A stretch of DNA of 64,000 bases, taken from contig CAXXYH010000004.1 in assembly GCA_963677925.2 (NCBI GenBank), forward strand, positions 768,001 to 832,000. Direction: 5' to 3'. Position 1 is the stretch's first letter. Each line of letters begins with the position of its first letter. The notes beneath the pieces are model-generated. The model ran no database searches and was not told where the DNA came from. It was given only the letters and a program-made list of their open reading frames with translations. Of this stretch, positions 7,827 through 18,381 are shown in pieces. This DNA is from Spirochaetia bacterium (lineage in GTDB: Bacteria; Spirochaetota; Spirochaetia; UBA9216). The translations under genes and the position numbers were made by a program.

Positions 7827-10111
7827 TTTTTCACTCCTGTACTCTGTAAGAGTCGCGGCAGGTAGACCGAGAATACTGTTTCGCCTGGCCGGCTTGTAAA
7901 CTCTATTCTTCCCTCATGCTCCTCGATAATTTTTCGGCATATATCAAGTCCTAATCCTGTACCCTCACCTTCCGATTTGGTTGTGAAGAAGGGGTCAAAA
8001 ATCCGGCTCTGCATATTTTCAGGTATCCCGTGCCCGTCATCTTTAATGGATACGCAGATGAATTCTCCCTCATCCCTTACCTCAATGCCCAGTAAACCCT
8101 TATATTCAATCGCATGGAGGCTGTTGTTGATAAGGTTTATCCAAACCTGATTAAGTTTATCACGGTTTCCGGAAACGGTGGTTGCGGTTTTGTACTCTTT
8201 ATTTAATGTTACATTTTTTTTAATCTGATTGTAATAAAGGATCAGAATGTTATCTATTTCGCTGCATATATCCACTTCGGTAAATGATTCATCAGGGGTG
8301 CTGTGTATATAGCCGGACAGTGCGGAGATTGTTGAAACAGCCTTGCGTGATGCCTGCTGTATTATATAAAGTCCCCGCATTACTGATATTATTACGACAG
8401 CTGCATCTATCAGTTTTCTGTCGCCGTTCTTAATCAGTTCGATGATTCGGGCCTGATCCCCGGCTGCTCCCATGGTTTCCAGTTCATCAGCTAGGTTCTC
8501 TGCATCCTCAACACCAAGTTCAGTCAGAATTTTAGCCATGGAACGCTTTCGCTTACGATCAGGGATATGCTGTATATCCAGGGCAGCCTTACGGCCCGTA
8601 TTCTCCAGCTCTTTAAGAATTTCCAGTTCATCCGGGTTTAGATTGCTGGTCTGCTCCGGCAGTCCGATTATGGTATCTATTCCATCTTCGATTATGTATG
8701 AGATCGAAGAGTCAATCGCCCCAAGCGGCGTGTTGAGTTCATGTGCAATGTTAGCCATCAGATTTCCCAGAACTGCAAGTTTTTCTGAGTGAATCAGTGA
8801 TTCCTGCGAAGAATTCAGATCCTGAATGGTTTTATTTAACTCTGAAGTCCGCTCGCTTACCATTTTTTCAAGATTTCTGTTTGCTGACTCATGCTGTTCA
8901 AGAAGTTCCTTGACCCTGGCTGTCATAGTGTTAAAGGATTCGATCAGTAAATCAAGTTCGTTATTGTACTTGTTATCAAATCGTAAATTAAAGCGGCCAG
9001 CTGATATCAGCTGTACTTTCTGGGTTATTTCCAGTATAGGCTTACTGAGTGTCTTTGATGCGATATAGATTGCTGTAAGCATAATCATGAAGGTTACAAT
9101 CCCGAAGAATATCTGATACTCGACTATTGTATTCAAATTTTTATACAGGTGTGAGTTCGGCATTATTGTGGCCACATACCAGGTGTTTCCCGCATCATCA
9201 ATCCTTATAGGGTTAAGGTTTACTCTGGCCGGCGATCCGTCAGATGTTGGCATGTTTGTCAGGGAAAACGGGACTTTATTTTTAAATCCGTCTGTTACAG
9301 ATTTATACTCACCTGGATTCAAAAGATTTGAGATTGGAGTTCCCAGCTGAGTTCGCTCAGGGTGGGAGAGTCTGACGGCAGATTCTGAATCTATTAAAAC
9401 AATATAACCATTATTGGGGATTTCAAAACTGTTAATCAGATCCTGAATCTGATTAAGTGAAACATCGGCACCTGCCACCCCAAGAAACCTGTCTTCGATA
9501 ACAACCGGAACACATAGACTTGTTTCAAGCACAGCATCTTCAATATCCCCTGTATAGGACCACCAGTAAGGTTTTATCACAGTAGATTTTCTGTTTGTCC
9601 GGGGGACGGTATAAAAATCTCCATTGTAGGCTTCGTTTGTTATTTCCCCCTGCACCAGTTCGCCGTCATCGAAGTACCATGTTGTGTTAAAACCGCCGTT
9701 GGGTGCTGATAATACGCTACCGTAGTATTCATTTTCATTGTCTTCTATTGCGCCGGGTTCCATCTGCAGCCATACAGCATGGAATTCTCCCTCATGATAG
9801 GATAATGTCTCACGTACGATATTAGATAAGAAGGGCCGTCTTATTTCGGCAGGAAGATTTTGATAGCCTCCGGCAATTGAGGCCACAGTCTTTACAGATG
9901 AAAAATAATCATCCAGCAGGCTTTCAATTCTTTCAGTATAAAGTACGCCAAGCAGATCCATCCGTTCATGAATATCGTTTCGAAGTACAGTATCGGTTTG
10001 TTTTGCACTGATGAAGACCATCGCTGAAAGCGGAAGCAGTGAAGCGATGCCGATAATTAACAGCATTCTGGAAAAAAAACCTGACTTTATAAACTTGATT
10101 TTTGGCGACAT
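7823..10111 (-). CDS. dCache/HAMP sensor histidine kinase
   Basis: Two TM segments around a Cache-like domain; HAMP; H-box AHELNTPL; NQVWINLINN; DDGHGI; FFTTK; GTGLGL. Confidence 0.92.
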   Translation of the reverse strand: MSPKIKFIKSGFFSRMLLIIGIASLLPLSAMVFISAKQTDTVLRNDIHERMDLLGVLYTERIESLLDDYFSSVKTVASIAGGYQNLPAEIRRPFLSNIVRETLSYHEGEFHAVWLQMEPGAIEDNENEYYGSVLSAPNGGFNTTWYFDDGELVQGEITNEAYNGDFYTVPRTNRKSTVIKPYWWSYTGDIEDAVLETSLCVPVVIEDRFLGVAGADVSLNQIQDLINSFEIPNNGYIVLIDSESAVRLSHPERTQLGTPISNLLNPGEYKSVTDGFKNKVPFSLTNMPTSDGSPARVNLNPIRIDDAGNTWYVATIMPNSHLYKNLNTIVEYQIFFGIVTFMIMLTAIYIASKTLSKPILEITQKVQLISAGRFNLRFDNKYNNELDLLIESFNTMTARVKELLEQHESANRNLEKMVSERTSELNKTIQDLNSSQESLIHSEKLAVLGNLMANIAHELNTPLGAIDSSISYIIEDGIDTIIGLPEQTSNLNPDELEILKELENTGRKAALDIQHIPDRKRKRSMAKILTELGVEDAENLADELETMGAAGDQARIIELIKNGDRKLIDAAVVIISVMRGLYIIQQASRKAVSTISALSGYIHSTPDESFTEVDICSEIDNILILYYNQIKKNVTLNKEYKTATTVSGNRDKLNQVWINLINNSLHAIEYKGLLGIEVRDEGEFICVSIKDDGHGIPENMQSRIFDPFFTTKSEGEGTGLGLDICRKIIEEHEGRIEFTSRPGETVFSVYLPRLLQSTGVKK

Positions 10112-10176
10112 TAATTAAATAATATATTTTCCGCAGTTTATTATCAAATATTTTATTTAAATAAAAAAGAGGGTTT

Positions 10177-10728
10177 ATGAAAGTAACGATTCTTGATGGA
10201 CGCTCTTCAGTTGATAGTTCTGATTATGAAAGACAGTTAGCTGCAATCCTGTCCGATATGCAGAAGCATTATGATGTCGAGATTTACTCTATAAATGATA
10301 TGAATTTAAAATACTGTACAGGCTGCTGGAGCTGCTGGTGGAAAACACCTGGCGAGTGCTCTATAAAAGACGGTGCAGATGCAATTTTTAAGTCGGTAAT
10401 ACATTCCGATTTTCTGCTTCTGGCTTCCCCGATGATTGCAGGCTTTGTATCCTCTGAACTTAAAAAAATAATGGACAGGCTTATAGTACTTCTCCACCCG
10501 TACATTCAGATGATAAACGGTGAATCTCATCACAATAAAAGATATGATTCATATCCTTCACTGGGAGTTCTTCTTGCCCGGGAAGCCGGTTCAGACGAAG
10601 AGGATATGAAGATTACCGAAGGTCTGTTTAAAAGGTTTTCACTGAATTTTCACGGAGAGTTGAAATTTGTCCGATGGATTGAAGACTGGAATATAGAGGG
10701 GTTTGATAATGAAACTGCTGGCTGTTAA
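10177..10728 (+). CDS. flavodoxin-fold protein (NADPH-dependent FMN reductase / iron-sulfur flavoprotein-like)
   Basis: CTGCWSCW..TPGECSIKD Cys motif; LLASP. Confidence 0.8.
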   Translation: MKVTILDGRSSVDSSDYERQLAAILSDMQKHYDVEIYSINDMNLKYCTGCWSCWWKTPGECSIKDGADAIFKSVIHSDFLLLASPMIAGFVSSELKKIMDRLIVLLHPYIQMINGESHHNKRYDSYPSLGVLLAREAGSDEEDMKITEGLFKRFSLNFHGELKFVRWIEDWNIEGFDNETAGC

Positions 10729-11386
10729 TGGATCTCCGCGCGGAAAAAACTCCAATTCCTCAATATTGCTTAATAACTTTCTGGAAGGGTATAAAGACTC
10801 AGCAGAAGCGGACGCTGCCGGGGCTGAAGGTCTGGAACTGGTTTATCTTCATAACAGCAGGGCGAGAGAGGCTGCCTTTTCCGCTTTGGAAAGTGCCGAT
10901 GTTCTTGTTCTCTGCTTTCCTCTGTATACCGATGCAATGCCTGGAATAACCAAGGCCTTCATTGAGTACTTATTTAAGAGGCGGCCGGCATTACTTAAAA
11001 CAGCCGGTTTTATAGTTCATTCCGGTTTTCCCGAATCCGCCCAGTCTTTTAATGTTGAGGCATACCTTGAAAGGCTCTGCAGGCGGATGGACATTGATTA
11101 TTCGGGTACAATTATCAAGGGCGGTTCAGAAGGCCTCCGGCTTATGCCGCCGGCAGCAAACCGGAAACTGTTTGACCGCTTAAACAGAGCAGGCAGGTAT
11201 TTTGCAGAACACGGCAAATTTGATCCGGTGCTCGTTGAAGAGATAAAAAGGCCTTACAGGCTGAATATTTTTGCAAGAACGGGTTATCGGTTATTAAGTT
11301 ATACCGGACTGACTAATTTCTACTGGAATATGAACCTGAAGCAGAACGGCGTCTACAAACAGCGTAATGCCAGACCCTTCGCTTAG
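10709..11386 (+). CDS. flavodoxin-fold NAD(P)H-dependent oxidoreductase
   Basis: LLAVNGSPRGKNSNS, FPLYTDAMPG, HSGFPE. Confidence 0.8.
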   Translation: MKLLAVNGSPRGKNSNSSILLNNFLEGYKDSAEADAAGAEGLELVYLHNSRAREAAFSALESADVLVLCFPLYTDAMPGITKAFIEYLFKRRPALLKTAGFIVHSGFPESAQSFNVEAYLERLCRRMDIDYSGTIIKGGSEGLRLMPPAANRKLFDRLNRAGRYFAEHGKFDPVLVEEIKRPYRLNIFARTGYRLLSYTGLTNFYWNMNLKQNGVYKQRNARPFA

Positions 11387-12843
11387 AAGGGTCCGAAGCC
11401 TATCAGTACCGCAAATCCGAGAAATACTGAAGTTACCGCAAGCATTATCAGCTGCAGCGGAAATGTCCATCTAACCCAGCGGGGATAGCTTACAACTGTA
11501 AATCCCAGTGCAATTAAAAGCAGTGCATTTGACGGAAAAAACATATTGCTGAAACCGTCCCCGAAGTCAAAGGCCAGAACTGCCGTCTGTCTTGTTATTC
11601 CAACCAGATCGGAAAGCGGGCTGAGTATCGGCATCATCAGGAAAGCCTTTGCCGAAGCAGAGCCAATGAAAAAGTTCATGAGCAGGGTGATAAGATAGAT
11701 CATGAAAGCCGCTCCCATTTTCGGGGTGCTTGCAATCCATGTCGCAGCCGAGTAGAGGATAGTGTCTGTTATCATCCCCTTATCAATAATGTGCTTTACG
11801 CTGTAAGCCATCATGATAAGCAGTATTCCAGGAAGCATTCCTGCCATTCCGCTGAAAAATGATTTGGCAATCTTTCCAGCCTTAAGGCCGGCGAATATTC
11901 CGGAACCTATACCGCCTATAAAAAACATCAGGCCCATAAGCGGGAAAGCCAGATCGCTGATGGCCGGAATTATCGAAGTCAGAATAACAAAGGCAATCGC
12001 AATACCCATGCATGATCCGAACCATATAAGGGCTTTCTTCATTCCGGGGTTCTTAACTGAATCCTTTTCCGATTCCGAGTTAAGCTTATGCGCCGCGATA
12101 AGAGGAAGGTCTTCCTTATGGACAAGCGATTTTGACGGGTCTTTCTCAATCTTTTTTGCGTAGCGTGAAACGAAGAAAAACAGGATGAAGTAAACAACAA
12201 TAAAAAATATTATCCGCAGCCAGGACCCTGAAAAAAGAGGAAGCTCAGCTATACCCTGTGCAACAGCGATTGTGAAAGGATTGGTAACGGCAGATGCAAA
12301 TCCGAAGGCCAGAGGCAGAAGGCTTATTCCCAGGCCGGTAAGCGAGTCCCAGCCCAGCGAGTAGGCAAGCGGAACAATAAAGATAATCAGCGGAACAAGC
12401 CCTTCATAGATTCCCAGAAATGCGGCAAGGAACATGAAAAGAAATATCATGATTCCCATCAGGAGGTATTTCCTGTTTATAAAGCGTTCAACCATCAGGC
12501 TTAGAAGATCCTTCATAACACCTGACCCCTCCAGTATTGCAATTGATCCCCCTACAAAAACAATGAAGAGCATGATGGTTATAATTGCTGCGTTATTAGG
12601 CGGACCAAGGACTTCCAGCGGAGCTGTGAACCAGCGCCATACCGGATAGTCGGGTTTTTCTATCTGATGGTATGAATCAGGAACTATCAGAACCCTGCCT
12701 TCAGATTCATAACGTTCATACTGCCCGGAAGGAAGAATCATGGTTAAAATACCTGACACTATCATCAGCACAAGAATTATCCCCGCGGCTGCAAGAAATG
12801 CGTTCTTTCCTATTTTAAGACTGGATTTCGCTGTGTTGTCCAT
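11383..12843 (-). CDS. YfcC/DcuC-like (AbgT superfamily) transporter
   Basis: About 12 TM segments; LPSGQYER, NPFTIAVAQGIAELPLFSG, GDGFSNMFFP. Confidence 0.85.
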   Translation of the reverse strand: MDNTAKSSLKIGKNAFLAAAGIILVLMIVSGILTMILPSGQYERYESEGRVLIVPDSYHQIEKPDYPVWRWFTAPLEVLGPPNNAAIITIMLFIVFVGGSIAILEGSGVMKDLLSLMVERFINRKYLLMGIMIFLFMFLAAFLGIYEGLVPLIIFIVPLAYSLGWDSLTGLGISLLPLAFGFASAVTNPFTIAVAQGIAELPLFSGSWLRIIFFIVVYFILFFFVSRYAKKIEKDPSKSLVHKEDLPLIAAHKLNSESEKDSVKNPGMKKALIWFGSCMGIAIAFVILTSIIPAISDLAFPLMGLMFFIGGIGSGIFAGLKAGKIAKSFFSGMAGMLPGILLIMMAYSVKHIIDKGMITDTILYSAATWIASTPKMGAAFMIYLITLLMNFFIGSASAKAFLMMPILSPLSDLVGITRQTAVLAFDFGDGFSNMFFPSNALLLIALGFTVVSYPRWVRWTFPLQLIMLAVTSVFLGFAVLIGFGPF

Positions 12844-14306
12844 TATTTCTCTCCGTTTATTTTCTGGAACATTGTTTTATAGAATCTGATTACAAGTCCG
12901 TAGTTTTCAAGGCTGATTTTCTCGTTTGAGGCGTGTATGCTTTCAACGTCTTCAGGCTGTAATATCATGGGTGCAAGCCTGTAAATATTTTCGCAGCATT
13001 CGATATATGCCTTTGAATCGGTAGTTCCTGTATTCAGGTAGGGCAGGATTAGTGCGTCGGGCACCGTTTCAGAAATCACCCTGCTGATAATTTTATAGCC
13101 CTGTCCTCTTGTGCTCGATTCTGAAACAGGATTGTTTGCAGAATCGGGATTAAGCAGACTCACCTCAATGCTGTCGTCTTTAATAACTTTTCTGATTCCT
13201 GCAAGAACTGTTTCAAGTGTATCGCCCGAGAGCACCCTGGTATTTATGACGGCGGTTGCAGTTTCAGCCAGGACGTTTTCCTTGCTGCTGCCCTTTATCA
13301 TTGTCGGGGCGGTTGTTGTTCGAAGCAGTGCCGCCGACTGCGGACTTTTAGCCATAACGAATTTTATAATCGGACCGAAAAGCCATAAGTTGGCAAGAAC
13401 AACCTTCATCCATGATTCTGATCCGGATGACATTCCTGAAAACATCTTCCGGGTTGTTTTTATCCACCTCATTGGGAAGGGGTTTTTCTCGATTCTTGTT
13501 ACGGCCCGGGCTATCCGGCCTGTTGCTGTGATTGCGGGAGGCATTGCTGCATGACCGCCCTTTGCTTCTGTCTTTAGAAGAATATCCGCATACCCCTTTT
13601 CGGCTGTACCGATAAGCGCAAGTTTGCGGTTGACTCCCTTTATTATGCCGTCTGCAATAATGGAACCTTCGTCATGCAGCCACTCAAACCTTATTCCCTG
13701 TGATTTAATGTGTGCTGCTATTTTAACAGCGCCGAGGTGGCCTTCTGTTTCCTCATCTCCTCCAAAGGCGAAGTAGGTATCTCTTTTGGGAATAAAACCT
13801 TCTTTGCAGAGGCTTTCGGCTGCTTCAAGCATTCCCATCAAAGTGTTTTTTGTATCGAGAGTTCCTCTTCCCCATATATATCCGTCTATAATTTTTCCGT
13901 CAAAGGGCGGGTGGGTCCATTTTGAATCATCTGCCGGCACTACATCATAGTGGGCGATGAATAAAAGTGCTTTCTGCTTTTCTGAGCGTCCAGGCCATTT
14001 ATATATGATTCCGTAATCACTTAGAAGGGTTCTTTCTGCAGTGCTGTGAAAGGCTGGAAAGCTGTCCTTCAGGAATTTCTGAAATTCCCTGTGCTTTTCC
14101 AGATCATTGAGCGAATAATCGGAGTGGGATACCGTTTTTATCCTTACAGCCTTCGCCAGCCTTTCAGCGGCTTCGTTTGTACAGGCCTCGGGCTTGTATT
14201 CTGAGTAAGAGCCGGTTCTGGCTGTTATCAGGGTCTTAAGGCAAATTAAAATTATAAGGGCTACAATAACTGCGGGAATACTAAACATGGTCATTATTAT
14301 AATCAC
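12843..14306 (-). CDS. M20 family peptidase/amidohydrolase with N-terminal membrane anchor
   Basis: AHYDVVP, GRGTLDTK, DEE, DEG, GGHA, HASNEKI. Confidence 0.9.
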   Translation of the reverse strand: MIIIMTMFSIPAVIVALIILICLKTLITARTGSYSEYKPEACTNEAAERLAKAVRIKTVSHSDYSLNDLEKHREFQKFLKDSFPAFHSTAERTLLSDYGIIYKWPGRSEKQKALLFIAHYDVVPADDSKWTHPPFDGKIIDGYIWGRGTLDTKNTLMGMLEAAESLCKEGFIPKRDTYFAFGGDEETEGHLGAVKIAAHIKSQGIRFEWLHDEGSIIADGIIKGVNRKLALIGTAEKGYADILLKTEAKGGHAAMPPAITATGRIARAVTRIEKNPFPMRWIKTTRKMFSGMSSGSESWMKVVLANLWLFGPIIKFVMAKSPQSAALLRTTTAPTMIKGSSKENVLAETATAVINTRVLSGDTLETVLAGIRKVIKDDSIEVSLLNPDSANNPVSESSTRGQGYKIISRVISETVPDALILPYLNTGTTDSKAYIECCENIYRLAPMILQPEDVESIHASNEKISLENYGLVIRFYKTMFQKINGEK

Positions 14307-14341
14307 TATCCTGAAAAATGGATATTACGAAAATCTTTTTG

Positions 14342-14399
14342 TTGACAGCCGGAAAAAGCAGTGATAATATCTTTTCTAATATTACACTGATATATCAGT
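14342..14399 (+). promoter_or_regulatory. TRAP operon promoter with candidate GntR operator
   Basis: TTGACA-N17-TAATAT with an upstream TG; perfect palindrome ACTGATATATCAGT at 14386-14399. Confidence 0.65.
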
Positions 14400-14520
14400 T
14401 AGATATAAGTTGACTATCAATCATGCAAATAGTAGTAAATATGGACGCAGAATAATGGTTCTTTTGAGATCCGCTTTCTGTTCCATTAAAATAAATCTTA
14501 AGAAAGGATCGAGGAGAAAA

Positions 14521-15522
14521 ATGAAAAAAACACTTGCTCTCTTAATCTGTCTTATGCTGGTTGGCGCAATGGCGTTTGCAAGCGGAGACAGCGAAGGTTC
14601 AGACGGTGCAAAAAAAATCAAAGCAAATATTGCTTCAGTTTATCCGCCGGATTCACCGGTAGATAAGGCACTTAACATGTTCAGGGATACTGTTGCTGAG
14701 AAATCAAACGGCAGAATCGAAATTCTTATTCACCCGGCAAGCGCAATGGGAAGTGAAGTTCAGACAATCGAGATGATTGCTGACGGATCTGTTGAAATTG
14801 CGGCAATCGGCGGAACTGATGCCTACATGTATTTCCCGAAAGTAGCTACAGTTGAACAGCCGTTTATGATTGCTTCTGTAGATGAGTTCTGGAAATACTG
14901 GAACGGCGAACCCGGTCAGAAAATGCTTAAATCTCTTCAGGAAGAGCATGGTATCCGAGCTGAAGGCATTATTTACAGAGGTGCACGATACCTGACTTCA
15001 AATACACCTGTAAGAACAATCGAAGACCTTAAAGGTCTTAAGATGAGACTCCCCTCTGTTGCTCCCTGGATTAAGGTATGGGAAGGTCTTGGCGCATTTC
15101 CTTCAACCATCGATTTCGGTGAAGTTTACCTTGCTCTTAAAACCGGAGTTATTGAGGCACAGGAAAACCCTGCAGAGACAATTCTCAATTACAAGTTTTA
15201 TGAAGTTCAGAAATACCTGATTGCCACACAGCATGTATATACAACAGGAAAGGTTGTGACTTCAGACAAATGGTGGAATACCCTTTCTGCTGAAGATCAG
15301 GCACTTCTTGATGAAGCTTTTGCTGAAGCAATCGCTTATGGAAATGAACTTACTGCTGCCGGTGATGCTGCATTTGTTGCTGAACTGCAGGACCTCGGTA
15401 TGGAACTGATTACAGTTGACAACGAAGCTTTCAAAAAGGCTGCTGCTCCTATTCAGGATGAGATTGCACATCAGATGTGGGATTATGATACCTATCTGGA
15501 CCTTGTAGAGGCTATGAAATAA
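14521..15522 (+). CDS. dctP: TRAP transporter substrate-binding protein
   Basis: Start at ATG 14521 (GAGGAG SD); signal peptide; DLKGLKMR, GEVYLALKTGVIEAQEN, FYEVQKY. Confidence 0.93.
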   Translation: MKKTLALLICLMLVGAMAFASGDSEGSDGAKKIKANIASVYPPDSPVDKALNMFRDTVAEKSNGRIEILIHPASAMGSEVQTIEMIADGSVEIAAIGGTDAYMYFPKVATVEQPFMIASVDEFWKYWNGEPGQKMLKSLQEEHGIRAEGIIYRGARYLTSNTPVRTIEDLKGLKMRLPSVAPWIKVWEGLGAFPSTIDFGEVYLALKTGVIEAQENPAETILNYKFYEVQKYLIATQHVYTTGKVVTSDKWWNTLSAEDQALLDEAFAEAIAYGNELTAAGDAAFVAELQDLGMELITVDNEAFKKAAAPIQDEIAHQMWDYDTYLDLVEAMK

Positions 15523-15534
15523 TTTAGTAATTTT

Positions 15535-15570
15535 ATCCGTCCGGTTCTTCACCGGGCCGGACGGATTTTT
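15535..15570 (+). terminator. stem-loop after dctP (attenuator or mRNA-stabilising hairpin)
   Basis: ATCCGTCCGGTTC-loop-GGGCCGGACGGAT followed by TTTT. Confidence 0.65.
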
Positions 15571-15594
15571 AAATGATCCTTACATTGGGGAGAC

Positions 15595-16050
15595 ATGGAT
15601 TTGAGAAAATTTCTGGAAAGGCTTAACGGCCTTGTTTTATTTATTCTGCTTATAGTTACCGTGCTTATGGTGTTTTTCAGGATGGTGCTGCAGCAGTCTG
15701 CGGCCTGGGGTGAAGGCCTGGGGCAGATGGGCCTTGTTCTTATATGTTTTATCGGTTCAGCAGCTATCATGAAAGATGAATCACATATAAAGATAACAAT
15801 TTTATCCGACAGGTTGCACGGTAAGAAGAAGATTATACTCAACACTTTTAACAGAATTTGTACCCTGGCATTTCTGGCAGTTTTTGTTATCGGTTCATAT
15901 CAGTCTACATTAAAAAACTGGACAGTAAACGATCCGATTATTTCCTGGATGAAATCAGGATACTTATACCTGGTACTCCTGTTATCCGGTGTCATTATGG
16001 CAGTCTACACAGTCATAAACGCTGTCAGTGAATTTAAGGAGTCTGAATAA
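15595..16050 (+). CDS. dctQ: TRAP transporter small permease
   Basis: Four TM segments; VFFR, HIKI; between dctP and dctM. Confidence 0.88.
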   Translation: MDLRKFLERLNGLVLFILLIVTVLMVFFRMVLQQSAAWGEGLGQMGLVLICFIGSAAIMKDESHIKITILSDRLHGKKKIILNTFNRICTLAFLAVFVIGSYQSTLKNWTVNDPIISWMKSGYLYLVLLLSGVIMAVYTVINAVSEFKESE

Positions 16051-17333
16051 TGGTTTTAATGTTAACCCTCGGGTTGCTTATATTTTTAATTTTGGGGATG
16101 CCTGTTGCTGTAGCTATAGGTCTGTCTGCGGTAGGCGCTGCCTTTATTTCAGGTCCTGCTACGTTCAGCGCGGCTGTCGTTGCTATAAAAATGCAGGCAA
16201 GTCTTCATAGTTTTATTTTTCTTGCAGTACCTCTGTTTATTCTGGCTGCAAAGCTTATGAATAACTCAGGTATCTCGCACCGTATTTTCGGATTTGCCAA
16301 TACTTCCCTTGGTTTTCTTCCCGGAGGTCTCGCACAGGCTAATGTCGGGGCAAGCCTGCTTTTTGCCGGAATGACCGGAGCTGCTGTCGTTGATGCTGCC
16401 GGGCTTGGTCAGGTAGAGATCGACTCGATGACCAAAAACGGATATCCGAAAGATCTCAGTGTTGCTGTAACTGCTGCTTCATCAACTATTGGACCGATTT
16501 TTCCTCCGAGTGTTCCTATGATTGTCTTCTCGTTTGTCTCGAGTGTTTCAGTCGGAAGGCTTTTTCTCGGCGGAGTTGTTCCGGGACTTCTGATGACCGC
16601 AGGCCTTATGATTATGGTTGCAATCGTTGCAAAGCGACGAGATCTTCCGAGGCAGCCGGTTCCCACACTTAAACTGCTTGCCCGTGAGTTTATGGCGGCA
16701 TTCTTTCCGCTGCTTACACCTGTAATTCTTCTGGGCGGTATATGGCTTGGATTCTTTACTCCGACTGAAGCTGCTGCCGTCGCTGTAGTTTATGCATTTA
16801 TAGTTACGGTTTTTGTGATGAAAGAGCTTAAGCTGAAAGAGTTTATCAATATCTTTATTGATACTGCTAAAGAGGCTGCAAAAATAACTCTGATTGTTGC
16901 TGTTTCCGCTTTTTACGGATGGGTTTTGATGCGTTCAGGCCTGACCATTACAATTGCTCAGAAGCTGGTTGCCTTAAGCTCAAACCCCTTAGTGGTTCTG
17001 ATTGTTATAAATATATTTCTGCTGATCATCGGCTGTTTTCTTGATTCAACCGTCGCAATTCTGATCCTCGGCCCTGTTCTGATGCCTGTAATCAACCAGC
17101 TGGGTATCGACCCTGTACACTTCGGAGTAGTTATGGTTCTTAACCTTATGCTTGGTCTTATGACACCCCCCTTCGGAGTTATTCTGTTCGTTATGTCCGA
17201 GGTTTCCGGGATGAAGGTGGAGAATGTTATAAAAGCGGTACTTCCCTATCTGATACCGATCTTTATTGTACTGGTGCTGATGATCTTTATTCCGGGAATT
17301 GTAACAGCATTACCAAATTTGTTAATGAACTGA
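16050..17333 (+). CDS. dctM: TRAP transporter large permease
   Basis: LAVPLFILA, GGLAQANV, GPIFPPS, TPTEAA, DPVHFG, TPPFG. Confidence 0.95.
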   Translation: MVLMLTLGLLIFLILGMPVAVAIGLSAVGAAFISGPATFSAAVVAIKMQASLHSFIFLAVPLFILAAKLMNNSGISHRIFGFANTSLGFLPGGLAQANVGASLLFAGMTGAAVVDAAGLGQVEIDSMTKNGYPKDLSVAVTAASSTIGPIFPPSVPMIVFSFVSSVSVGRLFLGGVVPGLLMTAGLMIMVAIVAKRRDLPRQPVPTLKLLAREFMAAFFPLLTPVILLGGIWLGFFTPTEAAAVAVVYAFIVTVFVMKELKLKEFINIFIDTAKEAAKITLIVAVSAFYGWVLMRSGLTITIAQKLVALSSNPLVVLIVINIFLLIIGCFLDSTVAILILGPVLMPVINQLGIDPVHFGVVMVLNLMLGLMTPPFGVILFVMSEVSGMKVENVIKAVLPYLIPIFIVLVLMIFIPGIVTALPNLLMN

Positions 17334-17354
17334 CTTTGATGGAGAACTTAAAAT

Positions 17355-18296
17355 ATGATTGACCCGCAAACAGAGAGATTTTTAGAAAAACTTAATAATT
17401 TGGGACTGGCACCGGATACTAACGATACACCGGTAGAGGCGAGGGAAAGACTGTTCCGAAGGCTTGAGCTGATACAGGAAGAAAAGCAGGATGTCAGTTC
17501 TGTTGAAGATAAAACAATAGAAGGTAAACATGGACCGTTTAAAGTCCGTGTTTACCGTCCCGCAGGTATTGATGCTGAAGCAGTGATTCCTGTGCTGATA
17601 TATTTCCACGGCGGAGGCTGGGTTGTCGGCAGTATTGAAACAGTCGACAGTGTATGCAGGAAGCTCTGTAATGAATCCGGCGCCTGTGTTGTTTCAGTAG
17701 ATTATCATCTGGCTCCTGAATATAAATTTCCACGGCCTGTTGATGATGCATTAACCGCTGCTTACTGGGTATACCGGAACTGCAGTATGCTTCATATTGA
17801 TCCGGATAAGATTGCTGTCGGCGGAGACAGTGCAGGCGGAAACCTGGCTATTGTCGTTTCTATTCTGGCTAGAGATGCCGGAGATCTGCCTGTGGCATTT
17901 CAGCTGCTTTTCTACCCGGGTGTCGATCTTCAGCCTGTCAGGTCCGCCAACAGTGAAGAGAATGGAGATGCTCCGATTCTTGGGAATGGTGCATTGGATT
18001 ACTTCAGAAATTTCTATCTTGAGAATGATGAAGACGGTATGGACTGGAAGGCTTCTCCAATAATATGCAGTGATTTAAGCGGTCTGCCGCCGTCTTTTAT
18101 GATAACAGCAGGAAACGATCCGCTTCATGATGAAGGGATGGCTTTTGCGCAGAAACTCAGTGAAGCCGGTAATGACAGTACTTTCATAAATTTTGAACGG
18201 CAGATTCATGGATTTATGACATTGCCAAGAGAGATAGATGAGTCAAAAACAGCATTGAGTATTGCAGCTGCAGAACTTAAACGCAGGATGATATAA
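17355..18296 (+). CDS. alpha/beta hydrolase (HSL / family IV esterase)
   Basis: HGGGW, GDSAGGNL, DPLHDEG, HGF. Confidence 0.92.
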   Translation: MIDPQTERFLEKLNNLGLAPDTNDTPVEARERLFRRLELIQEEKQDVSSVEDKTIEGKHGPFKVRVYRPAGIDAEAVIPVLIYFHGGGWVVGSIETVDSVCRKLCNESGACVVSVDYHLAPEYKFPRPVDDALTAAYWVYRNCSMLHIDPDKIAVGGDSAGGNLAIVVSILARDAGDLPVAFQLLFYPGVDLQPVRSANSEENGDAPILGNGALDYFRNFYLENDEDGMDWKASPIICSDLSGLPPSFMITAGNDPLHDEGMAFAQKLSEAGNDSTFINFERQIHGFMTLPREIDESKTALSIAAAELKRRMI

Positions 18297-18381
18297 AGAA
18301 ATTTATCTGATTTTCATTTACAGCATCAATGGTTATAATTGTCATCAGTAAAAAAATTTCTGATGAGTTAAAGGATTATTC

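Noticed and set aside
1-11000. Apparently more AT-rich left end as a possible genomic island
   Set aside because: Visual impression only; no integrase, tRNA or flanking repeats seen, and GC content was not computed
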